Below are positions 9,604-19,131 of a stretch of DNA of 64,000 nt, one piece after another. Position numbers and translations under genes: made by a program. How positions within the stretch are numbered: position 1 is the first letter of the stretch; every line of letters starts with the position of its first letter. Source of the DNA: Candidatus Microgenomates bacterium (GTDB lineage: Bacteria; Patescibacteriota; Microgenomatia; UBA8517); contig JBEKQV010000001.1 of assembly GCA_049519355.1 (NCBI GenBank), positions 64,688-128,687 on the forward strand, read 5' to 3'. Below the pieces are notes generated by a model. That model had not been told where the DNA came from and ran no database searches. It saw only the letters and a program-made list of their open reading frames with translations.

Positions 9604-10137
9604 TTATTTTTTGTAATCAGGCAAATTAGAATCTTTTTCCGAAATAAACGAAGGGGGCATAGGCCAATCTATCTTAAAAAACGGATCGTTCCACCTAAAA
9701 CCTACCTCATAATCAGGCGAATAAAATTCAGAAACCATATATTGGACTCTGCAATCTTTTGTAAGCGTTTCGTAACCGTGTGCCGCTCCTTTTGGAATAA
9801 ACAATAATTTTTTCTCTACGCCCTTGAGGTGAACTCCAACCCACTTTCCAAAAGTCTTTGACTCTTTTCTTACATCCGCAATAACATCAAAAATTTCGCC
9901 GTCGAGACACTGGAAAAATTTTGCCTCTTCCTTAGGCTTAGTCTGCCAATGAAGTCCTCGGATAACTCCCGCCGCCTTTGTGTAAGCCTGATTGATTTGA
10001 ACTATTTTAAAATCGGTTATTCCGGCTTTTTGGAACTCCTCCTCGGCATACATGCGCCTAAAGTAACCTCTTTCGTCCTCGTGGGGCTCAAGAGTCACCT
10101 CAAACATTCCTTCAATTTCTAAAGGGGTAAAAATCAT
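9604..10137 (-). CDS. rfbC: NDP-4-keto-6-deoxyhexose 3,5-epimerase, RmlC-like cupin
   Basis: FEVTLEPHEDERGYFRRMY...QINQAYTKAAGVIRGLHWQ typical RmlC. Confidence 0.8.
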   Translation of the reverse strand: MIFTPLEIEGMFEVTLEPHEDERGYFRRMYAEEEFQKAGITDFKIVQINQAYTKAAGVIRGLHWQTKPKEEAKFFQCLDGEIFDVIADVRKESKTFGKWVGVHLKGVEKKLLFIPKGAAHGYETLTKDCRVQYMVSEFYSPDYEVGFRWNDPFFKIDWPMPPSFISEKDSNLPDYKK

Positions 10138-11204
10138 TTTGTGCCGAAAAATTCAGAAATCTGACGGTCGGTATAAGTTCCGGGGGATTCTTTCTTTTCA
10201 TAAAAATTTCTGTACCAACCAAATGTGTAATCCAAAGTCTCTTTAAGGTTAAGTTTAGGGCGCCAACCAAGGAGAGATTTTGCTTTAGAAATGTCCAATT
10301 TTAAGAGGTTGGATTCATGGAAACTTTTGTCCGTCATAATTTTATAAGTTCCTTTCTCAAAAAGCTTGATTCCTGTTTCGACAAGTTGCAAAACGGGAAC
10401 AAAGTTTTCGTCGTTTGGCCCAAAATTCCAGGTCGTGATCAATGATTTGTCACCTTCATATAACTTTTTGGCCAAAAGAAGATAACCGGATAGCGGCTCA
10501 AGAACAAACTGCCAAGGCCGAATTGAACTTGGGTTCCTTATCAATATGGCTTCGTTTTTCTCATGCACCGCTCGGACAACATCCGGAATAATTCTATTTG
10601 GGGACCAGTCTCCGCCACCGATAACATTTCCGGCCCGAGTAATCGCAACCAGAGGGCTATCTTCTTCGCTAAGAAAACATTTTATAAAAGATTGGGCAAT
10701 TATATCGGCCGCGGCCTTGCTGGCACTATAAGGATCAATTCCTCCCAGCCTGTCGATTTCTCTATAAGGATGCACCCATTCTTCGTTTTTATAAACCTTA
10801 TCCGAAGTGATTATAACCGCGGATTTAACAGATTTTGTCTCTCTTATAGTTTGCAAAATATTTGCGGTCCCGATGACATTTGTTTCATAGGTTCTGAGAG
10901 GCTCGTCGTAGCTGACCTTGACAATCGCCTGAGCCGCCAGGTGAAAAACTATTTCCGGTTTTTCTTTATTAAATATTTCTTGAAGTTTGGCATGATCTCG
11001 TATGTCACCGTAGTAGTTGTGAATTTTATTTTCAAGCCCGAGAATTACAGACAAATTAGGGTCTGTGTTCGGCTCAAGCGAAACCCCGGTAACTTTGGCT
11101 CCCCAACGATTAAGTACCTCGGCAAGCCAAGCACCCTTAAATCCCGTATGCCCTGTAACAAGAACTTTCTTTCCGGCGAAAAATTTTTCGAGGTCTGAAT
11201 ACAT
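10134..11204 (-). CDS. rfbG: CDP-glucose 4,6-dehydratase
   Basis: VLVTGHTGFKGAWL hallmark of CDP-glucose 4,6-dehydratases; start taken at MYSDLEKFF (ATG 11204), because the longer track ORF (to 11255) would run 46 bp into rfbF. Confidence 0.8.
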   Translation of the reverse strand: MYSDLEKFFAGKKVLVTGHTGFKGAWLAEVLNRWGAKVTGVSLEPNTDPNLSVILGLENKIHNYYGDIRDHAKLQEIFNKEKPEIVFHLAAQAIVKVSYDEPLRTYETNVIGTANILQTIRETKSVKSAVIITSDKVYKNEEWVHPYREIDRLGGIDPYSASKAAADIIAQSFIKCFLSEEDSPLVAITRAGNVIGGGDWSPNRIIPDVVRAVHEKNEAILIRNPSSIRPWQFVLEPLSGYLLLAKKLYEGDKSLITTWNFGPNDENFVPVLQLVETGIKLFEKGTYKIMTDKSFHESNLLKLDISKAKSLLGWRPKLNLKETLDYTFGWYRNFYEKKESPGTYTDRQISEFFGTK

Positions 11205-11209
11205 GATGA

Positions 11210-11983
11210 TTATTTTTTCTTCTCCCAGATAACCCAAGGACGTTCGCCTTCCCAAAGCTTATTCAGTTGTTCAAGTTCATTATATGTATCTATCGCTTCC
11301 CAATAACCGGTGTGCTCATACATTGAGAGTTGTTTAGCTTCCGCAAGACTATTTAATCCTTCCTCCATGGCTCCATCAGAAAAATAATCTAAAGCCTTTT
11401 TATCAAAAACCATAAAACCACCACTAATAAACTCTTTCATCATTTGTTTTTGCGCAAACTTAAGAACCAAACCACTCTCTTTATGTGTCTCGACAAGACC
11501 AAAACGTGATTTTTTGTGAACACCTGAAATTGTACCTAAAGTTTTTTGTTTGTGATGAAAATCGACCAGTTTACCTATATCGATATCGGAAACCCCATCC
11601 CCATAAGTAAGCATAAACTCATCCCCGTTTATGAATGGAGCAATTTTCTTAATTCTCCCCCCAGTTAAGGTTTCTGCACCTGTATCTACTAATGTAGCCC
11701 TAAAATTTTTGTTATTCTTGCCGTCAAGAATTGTAATTTGCCCAGTGGAACTATCCAACGTAAAGTTATTGAATCTTGTGTGATAATTCAGGAAAAAGTC
11801 CTTAATCATCTCTCCTTTATAACCCAGCGCGATAATAAAATCATTATACCCATAGTGCATGTAAATCTGCATTATATGCCAAAGGAGCGGCATTCCCCCA
11901 ACCTCAACCATGGGCTTAGGCCTGAACTCAGTCTCCTCTTTCATCCTGGTTCCCTTACCCCCACAAAGAATTACGGTCTGCAT
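11210..11983 (-). CDS. rfbF: glucose-1-phosphate cytidylyltransferase
   Basis: MQTVILCGGKGTRMKEETEFRPKPMVEVGGMPLLWHIMQIY matches RfbF/DdhA; start at MQTV by homology (track ORF starts 12022). Confidence 0.8.
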   Translation of the reverse strand: MQTVILCGGKGTRMKEETEFRPKPMVEVGGMPLLWHIMQIYMHYGYNDFIIALGYKGEMIKDFFLNYHTRFNNFTLDSSTGQITILDGKNNKNFRATLVDTGAETLTGGRIKKIAPFINGDEFMLTYGDGVSDIDIGKLVDFHHKQKTLGTISGVHKKSRFGLVETHKESGLVLKFAQKQMMKEFISGGFMVFDKKALDYFSDGAMEEGLNSLAEAKQLSMYEHTGYWEAIDTYNELEQLNKLWEGERPWVIWEKKK

Positions 11984-12028
11984 AAAGCCAATGCTACTAA
12001 AAATGGGCTGCTTTTGCAACAAGAAGCG

Positions 12029-12568
12029 TTACGTATGCTTGTCAGCAACAGAGGAAGCTCCCCAGCTCTCAGGCTTGGTTTTAGCCTTAAAACCATTTCC
12101 CTGAACCATTCCGACGACCTCCTTTATCATGTCACGTGTTGGCCCCATGGGACCTACGTCTATATGAATCTCAAAATCGTATTTGGCAGAAGAAATAGCC
12201 TCCCGTAGAAGTGGAACAATTTCCTGAGCGGCGGCAAGGGACATCGAAGTCTCCGTATATATTTTGTCCCTTAAAACAGGTACTTTTTGTAGCCTCACTT
12301 TTTTCCAGAAATAGCGAGCGCCGTTTCCCTCCCTGTGAACAATAAGAGCCGTGACAAAATTGATTTCGCTAACACCGTTAACCCTTCGTGCCTGTGAATC
12401 CGAGCCTATAACAACACGGTAAAACTTCTCCGGCATTTCGTTAATAAAATTGGAGATTTCTGAAATCGCCTGAGTAGGTGTCATTTTACCCTTTGTGGGA
12501 CTTATAAAAAGACCGTCTTTTGTATCCATATAGGCTCGAATTATACCGCAATTGGGTAATCCGGGCAA
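12029..12568 (-). CDS. RNase H-like fold protein, possible YkuK/DUF458 family
   Basis: 179 aa, VVIGSDSQ...LIVHREGNGARYFWKKV pattern reminiscent of DUF458; weak. Confidence 0.35.
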   Translation of the reverse strand: MPGLPNCGIIRAYMDTKDGLFISPTKGKMTPTQAISEISNFINEMPEKFYRVVIGSDSQARRVNGVSEINFVTALIVHREGNGARYFWKKVRLQKVPVLRDKIYTETSMSLAAAQEIVPLLREAISSAKYDFEIHIDVGPMGPTRDMIKEVVGMVQGNGFKAKTKPESWGASSVADKHT

Positions 12569-12583
12569 TTTTCGAAGATATCC

Positions 12584-13474
12584 TTAAAGGTTAAGGGATT
12601 TTAGATAATCTCTAAACTTTTCACCTATTTCAGGGTGTTTAATAGCAAATTCCGTTACGGTCTTCAGATATTCAAGTTTATTACCCGTGTCATAGTATTT
12701 TCCGTCTTTTATCTCAACGCCCAAAACATGCTTTCCGCTTTCGAGCATTAGTCTTAGAGCGTCAACATAATAGAATTCATGTCCCTCTTTTATTCTGGAT
12801 AGCGCCGTATCAAGACTGTCAAAAATATCAGGAGTGAAGAGGAATCCCGAAACAGTTGCTAAATCTGATGGTGCATTTTCTTTTCCTGGTTTTTCAATAA
12901 TAGTGTTGGCATCAATTATCCCCGGTTCAAGCTCTTTTCCTCCCACGAAACCATATCTTTCATAATCTTCGTCTTTGGTTGTCTTCACCCCGCTTAGGCA
13001 GCTATAACCGTATTTCTCATAAGCTGCAATAAGCTGCTTAAATCTGGATGGTTTGGCAACTATAAAATCATCACTCCAGGTATAGATAAATGGTTCATTG
13101 CCGATTATTTCGCGTACATTAAGTAAAGGCGTTCCGTTGCCGTATGGACCTTTCTGACGTACATAGATAAAATTAGCCATATTGGCAATTTTCTCAACTT
13201 CCTCCAGAAGTGGCTTTTTCTTCTCTCCGCCCATCTTAAGATTTTCAACCAAATCAAGATTGGGGTAGTCAAAATGATCTTCGATCGTTCTCTTGTGGTA
13301 ACCCGTAACAAGGATTATGTCTTTTATACCTGCATCAACTAGTTCCTCAACAATATATTGGATAATTGGTTTATCGACTATAGGAAGCATTTCTTTAGGC
13401 ATGGCTTTGGTTTGAGGAAGAAAACGGGTCCCGAAACCTGCCGCCGGTATGACTGCTTTTGTAATTTTCTTCAT
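12584..13474 (-). CDS. galU: UTP--glucose-1-phosphate uridylyltransferase
   Basis: KAVIPAAGFGTRFLPQTKAMPKEMLPIVDKPIIQYIVEE canonical GalU N-terminus. Confidence 0.85.
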   Translation of the reverse strand: MKKITKAVIPAAGFGTRFLPQTKAMPKEMLPIVDKPIIQYIVEELVDAGIKDIILVTGYHKRTIEDHFDYPNLDLVENLKMGGEKKKPLLEEVEKIANMANFIYVRQKGPYGNGTPLLNVREIIGNEPFIYTWSDDFIVAKPSRFKQLIAAYEKYGYSCLSGVKTTKDEDYERYGFVGGKELEPGIIDANTIIEKPGKENAPSDLATVSGFLFTPDIFDSLDTALSRIKEGHEFYYVDALRLMLESGKHVLGVEIKDGKYYDTGNKLEYLKTVTEFAIKHPEIGEKFRDYLKSLNL

Positions 13475-13513
13475 TGTTTCTGAGAGAAGTATATCACTTT
13501 AGACCATCTCAAA

Positions 13514-13768
13514 TCATGCCCGAATAATTATTGAGAAAATAATAACAAATCCCAAAAGTGCAATGACAATATATTCGAGTACTGTTTCAAGGTGAAGGTC
13601 TTTGTGTAAATAGTGGTGAGTAATTCCCCAAGAAATATAGGACAGGGCTAAAGCTCCACTTACCGCAATCTGAATATTTCTGTCGTACGAAAACAATATT
13701 AAACCGGCAAATCCCGCAAGGAGGATGATAAAAAGGGCTACGTAATGGGATAAATGCTTGAATTTCAT
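13514..13768 (-). CDS. small membrane protein (3 TM)
   Basis: 84-aa hydrophobic ORF; 4-bp overlap with upstream gene. Confidence 0.3.
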   Translation of the reverse strand: MKFKHLSHYVALFIILLAGFAGLILFSYDRNIQIAVSGALALSYISWGITHHYLHKDLHLETVLEYIVIALLGFVIIFSIIIRA

Positions 13769-14637
13769 ATTATTTGCCCTGCTTTCAATATTAGTATAAC
13801 TGCCAAAATCATGCCAAAAAACGCCAAGTGTGCCAAGGTCCTGCCTCCAATCCTTACTATTCTCTTCCTTCTTACAACTATGAGATCAATTGATAGAACC
13901 AAAATTAAAATTCCGGTCACGAGTAGGGAAATATTCTTGGTCGAGACAAATGGCGAAACATAAGATTGCGTCGGAATGGGTGTGGCCACGATAACGGGTG
14001 CAGGAGTCGGCTGAACTGAGGTTGCAGCAATTTCTTTCGCCTTAGCTACCGGCACCGACAGAGAACCCGAAAGCGGAGTTCCAAAAAACTGCACAATTAT
14101 AGTCGTGTCCACTCCGGCCAGATTTCCTTCAACCACCCCAATGCCAATATCCTGATAATTCGGATTGAGAATGTTCTCTCTATGGGAAGGTGAATTCATC
14201 CAAGCAGTAACCGCCGAGGCTGCGTCCGGAAAATCTCTCGCAAGATTTTCACCCGCGTATTTATATTCATATCCAAATTTCAGAAAGAAACTCCACGGGG
14301 AAGTTCCGTCCGGGGCGAAATGGGCCCAGTATCCTTTAGCCAACATATCATTCCCTTTGGCCAAAGCAGCCGCATCTAGGGTTGGATCCTCCGTTAGCGC
14401 GGTAAGACCGTTTGATTGCCTTTGAACATTTGTTAGTCTTACTACTTCGGAAGGCGAAATGTTGGCTGCGTATCCAAGAACCTGAGGAAATGTTTCATGA
14501 GTAAATCCCAAGATAATTTGGAAGGCAATTAACCCCACAGCGATTAGAACAAGGCTTGAAGAATGCAAAATTTTTGCCTTCTGATTATTGCTTTCGTGGG
14601 GAATAAAAAGATGTCTGAGTAATCGTAAAAACTCCAT
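13765..14637 (-). CDS. CAP/SCP (YkwD-like) domain protein, membrane anchored
   Basis: GYWAHF...NSPSHRENILNPNYQDIGIGV matches CAP domain; N- and C-terminal TM segments. Confidence 0.65.
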   Translation of the reverse strand: MEFLRLLRHLFIPHESNNQKAKILHSSSLVLIAVGLIAFQIILGFTHETFPQVLGYAANISPSEVVRLTNVQRQSNGLTALTEDPTLDAAALAKGNDMLAKGYWAHFAPDGTSPWSFFLKFGYEYKYAGENLARDFPDAASAVTAWMNSPSHRENILNPNYQDIGIGVVEGNLAGVDTTIIVQFFGTPLSGSLSVPVAKAKEIAATSVQPTPAPVIVATPIPTQSYVSPFVSTKNISLLVTGILILVLSIDLIVVRRKRIVRIGGRTLAHLAFFGMILAVILILKAGQII

Positions 14638-15629
14638 TACTTCATATTAACATAACCTTGAGGATGGTTTTTGTGCCACAAATAGGCCGATTTTACAATT
14701 TCCGTCAATCCGTATTTCGGCTGCCAATCTAAATCTTTCTTTATTTTCTCATTCGACGCATATAATGTCCCCGGATCCCCTTCTCTTCTAGGCTCATATT
14801 TAACTTTTACTTTCAAACCGGTTTCTTTCTCCACTATCTCAATTACCTGTTTATTGGAGTAACCGTGTCCTATACCTGCGTTATAAAATTCACTTTTTGC
14901 ACCATCTAACAAGGATTTAAGCGCAAGAACGTGGTTCGCAGCTAAATCAAGAACGTGAATGTAATCACGAATACAAGTTCCATCCTGTGTATTGTAATCG
15001 TTCCCGAAAATTCTGACTTCTTTACCGTCTAACGTTCTTTTTATAATATTGGGGATAAGATGGCTTTCTTCCTTGTGATCTTCACCAATCGAACCGTCAA
15101 GACCGGCTCCGGCGGCATTAAAATATCTTAAACCCACAAATTTAATTCCATAGGCCGTGTCGTAATCTTCAAGCATTTTTTCCATAATATATTTAGTTTC
15201 TCCATATGGATTTAATGGATTTTTCGGATCATTCTCTTCAATTGGTAGTTTTGCCGGACTACCGTAAACGGCAGCGCTACTCGACAAAATTATTTTGTCT
15301 ACAGAGTGATTTTTCATAGAATCAAGGAGATTCATAAATCCGTAGACGTTATTTAAATAATATTTGGCAGGGTCATTATATGACTCACTCACTTGAATAA
15401 AACTCGCCATGTGGATAACCCCGTCAAATTTTTCTGAAGCAAAAAGTTCGTTAAGCTTATCTTTTTGACTAACCAAATCGATTACTTCTAACCTGAAATC
15501 TTTAACCGACTCTTTATGACCCTGAGATAGATTGTCCAAAATCACCGGCTCAAATCCTTTTGATAGCAGCTCACGAACCATAAAGCTCCCAATATAACCG
15601 GCACCTCCTGTAACTAATATTTTTTGCAT
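14637..15629 (-). CDS. galE: UDP-glucose 4-epimerase
   Basis: MQKILVTGGAGYIGSFMVREL...YxxxK SDR; length 330 aa typical GalE. Confidence 0.85.
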   Translation of the reverse strand: MQKILVTGGAGYIGSFMVRELLSKGFEPVILDNLSQGHKESVKDFRLEVIDLVSQKDKLNELFASEKFDGVIHMASFIQVSESYNDPAKYYLNNVYGFMNLLDSMKNHSVDKIILSSSAAVYGSPAKLPIEENDPKNPLNPYGETKYIMEKMLEDYDTAYGIKFVGLRYFNAAGAGLDGSIGEDHKEESHLIPNIIKRTLDGKEVRIFGNDYNTQDGTCIRDYIHVLDLAANHVLALKSLLDGAKSEFYNAGIGHGYSNKQVIEIVEKETGLKVKVKYEPRREGDPGTLYASNEKIKKDLDWQPKYGLTEIVKSAYLWHKNHPQGYVNMK

Positions 15630-16058
15630 TTAATTTATCCCGAGCTCTAAGAAAAATTTCCGAAAATTCTTGGGTAGTTTGGGTAAGAATTTATAGATTA
15701 AATAAATAGCAACTCCTGCCCCAATCCCGTCAATAAAAACATCTCTGACGGTTGATTCGCGGCCCTGAGTAAACATTTGATGAAACTCATCAGTAGCACC
15801 GTAAAACATGGCAAATATAACCGAATAAATTGCAGCTTTTTTACGGTCCACTCCTTCACCCAATAATGCCCGATAAATCAAAACGGCAAGGGCTCCAAAA
15901 AGAAGAATGTGGCCGGTTTTTTTAACAACAAAATCCTGCCAATAAACCGGCGAAGCCACAGGAATGGTGCCTGAAGAAAAATGAAAAATTAAAGCAGCCC
16001 AAAGAAACGGCGGTAGCCATAAATTAAGTAATTTCAGAATCCTGTTTTTCATCCACAT
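15630..16058 (-). CDS. VanZ-like family membrane protein
   Basis: 4-TM 142-aa protein with VanZ-like pattern (HFSSGTIPVA...DEFHQMFTQGRESTVRDVFIDGIG). Confidence 0.6.
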   Translation of the reverse strand: MWMKNRILKLLNLWLPPFLWAALIFHFSSGTIPVASPVYWQDFVVKKTGHILLFGALAVLIYRALLGEGVDRKKAAIYSVIFAMFYGATDEFHQMFTQGRESTVRDVFIDGIGAGVAIYLIYKFLPKLPKNFRKFFLELGIN

Positions 16059-16271
16059 TAGTATAACTTTTTTTTATGCTTTTAATAATACTAAAAATCG
16101 AAAAGCCGACGAATCCAACAGCAGTCACAATTAACCCCGACGCCAAAAAAAGAAATCCAGACTTCGACTCGCCCGACGGAGAACTTTGAAAAGTCACCGG
16201 CATTTCTGTGCCAATAGGTTAACTCAAGAGTTTAGAATTATTGCAATTGTAATTAATTATTACTCAATCCT

Positions 16272-17459
16272 TCAATTGAAGCTAACCGTAAAAGCTAGTG
16301 TAATGTTACTCACGGAATATTTATCCCCAAAATTTTTATCTCCCCCGTTCTCTAAAAATGGGTCATTCATCACGTAATTTCCACCGCTACCGCTTTTCAA
16401 CACGACGTAATGATCCGGGCCTGAATAAAGACCTACAATTACGGGGCCATTTGACAACTTTTGGTCAATTTGTGAAACAGGAAATGAAGTCAAATTAACA
16501 TTTATCCCGTTCACACTGAATTGCCAGTATAGCAGTGCCGTATCTGCATCAGGACTGAAGAAAGCACTGGGAGTATTGGCAATATCACTGGGTTTCAAAT
16601 TTTTACCTTCGTGAGTTGCCATCATCGCTACTGAAGTGACTAAACATCCGTAGTCAGCCATTGTTAAATGGCTGGAACCCATAAAACTATTCCCCCATTG
16701 AGAATCTCGTTGGTTATAATAATAACCCCAACCATCCTGCTGGACTGTCTGGTTATTTAAAATCGAAGCTCCTCCATGACTATTTACAAAGCCTAAGAAT
16801 GCATTTCTCTGCGCTATAGCTTGCGAAAGTAAAGATTGATATTTTTCTTCATCATTTTGTGTAGCAATAAGAAGATTGTTTTTGGCCAATTTTTGTGTAT
16901 TCAAATTTGCCTGCTGAATTTGCAACTGAGACTGCAAAGTCTCTTGTTCGGTCTTTTGACCTTGATAAGTTGTCTGTGCCGATTGAAGTCTCTCAAGTAA
17001 ATTTCTGTCCTCTTCTTGAATTTTTTGAAGATAATGCAATCTCGAAACAGCATCAGTCAAATCAGATGCGGAAAGAAGAAAAATAAAATTATTTTCAAAT
17101 CTTGAAAGTTTATATGTCTCAACTGCTCTAGCAGAAAAAGCTGCAGTCAAACTATCGAGAGACTGACCAAGTTGATCAATTCGTCCACCCAAAAGCACAA
17201 TTTGGGCTTGGGTCTGCGATATTTTTAAAGTCGTAAGTCTTATTTGAGCATTAAATTGTGCAATTTGGTTTGAAAGTGTGTTCGCTGTATTTTGAAGGTC
17301 TGTTACTTTAGTTTGACAAAGACTTTGTAAATTAGTCAAACAACCAAGGTCGTTGGGATCACAAGTGCTATCACAGGATGTCTGAGCTTTGACCACACTT
17401 GCCAAGAAGAAAAATCCTAATACAAGATTGAAGAAAAATAATTTTTTTTTAACATTCAT
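16272..17459 (-). CDS. secreted coiled-coil protein with C-terminal peptidase C39-like (Peptidase_C39_2) domain
   Basis: signal/TM N-terminus, long Q/L-rich coiled coil, C-terminal ...DYGCLVTSVAMMATHEGKNL...GPDHYVVL Cys/His papain-like core; 4-bp overlap with ftsX. Confidence 0.55.
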   Translation of the reverse strand: MNVKKKLFFFNLVLGFFFLASVVKAQTSCDSTCDPNDLGCLTNLQSLCQTKVTDLQNTANTLSNQIAQFNAQIRLTTLKISQTQAQIVLLGGRIDQLGQSLDSLTAAFSARAVETYKLSRFENNFIFLLSASDLTDAVSRLHYLQKIQEEDRNLLERLQSAQTTYQGQKTEQETLQSQLQIQQANLNTQKLAKNNLLIATQNDEEKYQSLLSQAIAQRNAFLGFVNSHGGASILNNQTVQQDGWGYYYNQRDSQWGNSFMGSSHLTMADYGCLVTSVAMMATHEGKNLKPSDIANTPSAFFSPDADTALLYWQFSVNGINVNLTSFPVSQIDQKLSNGPVIVGLYSGPDHYVVLKSGSGGNYVMNDPFLENGGDKNFGDKYSVSNITLAFTVSFN

Positions 17460-18370
17460 CTCTCTTTTTTAACTCTTGAAATTGCAAGTAAACTTCCAGA
17501 AAGGGCAAGGACAAGACCTATTAGTATTTCCCCTATAAAAATAATTCCGAAAAGTTCAAAAATTCCAAGTGCACTTTCCGGCAAAATAGGAATTTCACCA
17601 AAGTAAGAAACGGCGGTAGGTGCCAAATATAAAATAGCAATAAACGCAATAGCCCACCCCAACACAATTCCAAAAGCAGTATAAATAAACGCTTCAATAA
17701 TTATCGGACTTCTGATAAAACCTTGTGTGGCTCCAATTAAATTAAGTATTTCGACTTCTTCCTTTCTTCCCACAATCCTCATACTGATAATCGTTAGAAG
17801 TACAACGAGTGAGGTTATTGCCAAAAGTCCAACAAATACTACCCCTCCGATCTTAACGTAAGTTGTAATCGTTCTCAAACGCGCAACAACCTGATTAAGG
17901 CTGGTTTCACCCCCGAGAGCCGCGGTAAAGCCAACCGAATCGACAATGGGTTCACTTTTAACGGAATCAATCGCCGTCTGAGCATAAGACAAATCCGTGA
18001 CGGAAAATTCCAAGGACGCCGGGAATATTGAAGGACTTACGAGTTGTCCCAAAAGAGGATTGTCACTTGTGGCATTTTTATAAATTGATAAAGCTTCTTC
18101 CTTACTCACGTATTTAACGTCCTGAATCTTAGGATTGGTTTGGAGTTTGTGTTGTAAATTGGCAATATCGTTATCACTCGCCGTGTCCTTCAAAAAAGCA
18201 ATTACCTGTGGCCGTGTCTCAAAATATGTAATAAGTTTTGAGGAAGAATAAACCAAAACGGAAACCAACGTGGCCACAAAAAAAGTCAGGCTAAGAACAA
18301 AAGTCGCAGCTAAGGCTTGGAAAGGTGAACGCCTTATATAATCCCATGCTGTTTTAAAATGAATATTCAT
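17456..18370 (-). CDS. ftsX: cell division permease FtsX
   Basis: N-terminal TM, extracellular domain, three C-terminal TM helices; immediately downstream of ftsE. Confidence 0.75.
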   Translation of the reverse strand: MNIHFKTAWDYIRRSPFQALAATFVLSLTFFVATLVSVLVYSSSKLITYFETRPQVIAFLKDTASDNDIANLQHKLQTNPKIQDVKYVSKEEALSIYKNATSDNPLLGQLVSPSIFPASLEFSVTDLSYAQTAIDSVKSEPIVDSVGFTAALGGETSLNQVVARLRTITTYVKIGGVVFVGLLAITSLVVLLTIISMRIVGRKEEVEILNLIGATQGFIRSPIIIEAFIYTAFGIVLGWAIAFIAILYLAPTAVSYFGEIPILPESALGIFELFGIIFIGEILIGLVLALSGSLLAISRVKKER

Positions 18371-18392
18371 TATTTAATTTTATCATCATATG

Positions 18393-19073
18393 TCACTTCT
18401 CATTAGATGTCATCTTACCACCGACAATATTAATGGTTCTTTTTTTGTATTTTTTGACAATATCAAGATTGTGGGTTGCCATTATTATTGTTTTACCCTC
18501 CGCGTTTATTTTCTCGAAAAGCTGCATCAAATTGTCAGACGTTTCCCAATCAAGATTCCCTGTTGGTTCATCAGCCAAAATAATTTTCGGATTTACTACC
18601 AAGGCGCGTGCCAGAGAAACTCTTTGAAGCTCGCCTCCCGAAAGTTGTGAAGGAAAAAGATTTATCTGTCTTGAAAGTCCTGCGAGTTTTAAAACGTGAG
18701 TCACTCTTTCCTGCCAAACGTTTTCCGGAAGTCCTATTACAGCCAGAGCCACTGAAACATTTTCATAAACGGTTCGTTCGGGAAGAACCTTAAAATCCTG
18801 AAAAACAGTTCCTATTTTTTGCCTAAAAAGGGGCAGATCTTTACTACCCAGAGTTTTGACATTGAATCCGTCAACCGTTGCCTCACCAACATCCGGTGTG
18901 AGCTCACCAAGAATGATTTTCAAAATTGTCGTTTTACCCGCACCGGATGGCCCAGTAATAAACACAAACTCACCTTTTTTAACATCAAAAGAAACATCAC
19001 TAAGAGCCAGATGTGTTCCAAATTTCTTTGTAACGCCTCGAAAATGAATAATTCCGATTTCTTCTGTAGACAT
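18393..19073 (-). CDS. ftsE: cell division ATP-binding protein FtsE
   Basis: Walker A GPSGAGKTT, LSGGELQRVSLARAL signature, Walker B ILADEPTGNLD. Confidence 0.85.
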   Translation of the reverse strand: MSTEEIGIIHFRGVTKKFGTHLALSDVSFDVKKGEFVFITGPSGAGKTTILKIILGELTPDVGEATVDGFNVKTLGSKDLPLFRQKIGTVFQDFKVLPERTVYENVSVALAVIGLPENVWQERVTHVLKLAGLSRQINLFPSQLSGGELQRVSLARALVVNPKIILADEPTGNLDWETSDNLMQLFEKINAEGKTIIMATHNLDIVKKYKKRTINIVGGKMTSNEK

Positions 19074-19131
19074 AGTGTTGGGAACAGCTCTAGAGTAGCA
19101 AGTGAAAACAAAGAAAGCCAGTGTTAAATGC

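Noticed and set aside
10563-11198. 211-aa + strand ORF antisense to rfbG
   Set aside because: Same reasoning; rfbG on the minus strand has a decisive motif (GHTGFKG).
16060-16200. Possible ~50-aa hydrophobic micro-ORF on the minus strand upstream of the VanZ-like gene
   Set aside because: Below ORF-track threshold, frame relative to the VanZ-like start uncertain, no RBS seen; not enough support to call.
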